64,000 nt of DNA from Mobula hypostoma (Eukaryota): contig NC_086106.1 in the NCBI RefSeq assembly GCF_963921235.1, forward strand, positions 33,480,001 to 33,544,000, given 5' to 3'. Below, piece after piece: positions 62,900 to 64,000 of the stretch (position 1 is its first letter; the number at the start of each line of letters is the position of its first letter). Under the pieces are notes generated by a model. That model made no database searches. It was not told the origin of the DNA and was given only the letters and a program-made list of their open reading frames with translations. A program made the translations under genes and the position numbers.

Positions 62900-63900
62900 C
62901 AGCATGATGCGTCAGGGGCTAAAAGGATTTTATGGACAAATGCACACTATTTGCAAAACTATAAAAATTAATGGGCATAATTGAAAACGAGAAATTATAG
63001 CCCATAGCAAGAAAAGTAGCAGCGACTGTGTGATTTGACTGAGGCATAATCCCTAAAGACAATGCTGGTATTTGGCTCTTCTGGGTCCTTTCCCAGGATT
63101 TATTTGTACATCTCTAAGTCAACTTTATGCAGTTACCTAAATGTATGGGTTGTGATTATGTTCTTATTATTTTGCTTTTGTTATCTTCTGTGGGTAAAGG
63201 TTTATCCAGCTCAGTGAAATGATGCCGTAACTGTTGATAATTTTATTTTTAGAATTTATTCCTATGTTTGGGATCCCCAAGAAAATCTCAAGTGAAAAAT
63301 GTCCTCGCTTTTTGAGTAAGTTTATATGAGATGATGAAAGCCGTGTAGTGGAAGCATCGTTTCACCTGCCTTTACCAACCTCAATCTTACAAAGCAGATG
63401 AAAGAATGAACGGGGCCCTGAAATGCAGGTTAGCTAAATCATGCAACGAGATTGAGCTAAAATGGTCAGAGGCACCTCCACTATCCCTCACGACAATGTG
63501 CTGCGTTCAAAACCTGGCAGCAGGGCTATCTCCATGTAAGATTGTTTTGGGAAGCCCATGTGCTTGCCAGTTGTCCCTCCGTTTTTCATTAAACAGATAG
63601 ACATCCACACTATGAGCGAAAACAGGGTGTAATATTCTATAACACTAACAGAAGCTCTTATACTTTTGCATCAACAGGTTCTTGAAGCCTAGAGTATCAT
63701 GCTGGATACCTAGTACCATACCCACCAGCTGAAAGATTGGGTACTGGTGAAACCCTACTGACTAAGGAGCTGCCGGAAGCCCCACTGAAAATATCCATTC
63801 CAAGTGTTGCTGTCCGCATATATCGTTTTAAATGTCTGAAGATGGCCGACACAGATATACACCTCACCTGTTAAGCGAGTGGAGCAGGTGGCCAGAAGAA
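62900..63900 (+). mobile_element. Degraded retroviral integrase, class I (epsilon-like)
   Basis: GPF..LQVNFMQLPKCMGCDYVLII, FIPMFGIPKKISS, YQPQS..DERMNGALK.RLAK..LKW.EA.PL.L..GLSP..IVLG, WVLVK..KYPFQVLL. Confidence 0.75.
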
Positions 63901-64000
63901 CATTGATGATTAGGACTGATAGACTGAACTCTTTGCTGTTTACCACCTTAATTAATCACTATGCATTATATGTTTTGGGTAACCTGGGCATCTATGCCTA

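Overview
Cartilaginous-fish (elasmobranch) genomic DNA. Its only recognisable host gene is an unrearranged IgNAR (heavy-chain-only antibody) cluster on the minus strand. The cluster reads: octamer+TATA promoter (~21.4 kb), leader exon, V exon, three D segments, one J (all with RSS in the 22 / 12-23 / 12-22 / 12-12 / 23 pattern), an 8.8 kb J-C intron, then C1, C2 and C3 exons that splice in frame. C4, C5, secretory tail and TM exons were not found in the 7.1 kb left of C3. The remainder is a dense, nested transposable-element landscape: CR1, Rex1/Babar, RTE, R4/Dong-like, Nimb/I-like LINEs, Penelope-like elements, V-SINEs, an LTR-like element with minisatellites, and degraded retroviral pol fragments (ERV-L/class III-like and epsilon/class I-like). 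Points worth a second look: (1) the VNAR has its extra Cys at position 32, and the D segments encode Cys in 6 of 9 stop-free frames; (2) the exact 9-mer TTTGCATAA recurs four times in the same orientation across the 2 kb V-D-D-D-J unit; (3) a near-intact minimal hammerhead ribozyme lies in the C2-C3 intron; (4) class III ERV-like fragments are present, one followed by a possible env-like ORF. TE boundaries are approximate. All family assignments come from recalled motifs, not database searches.
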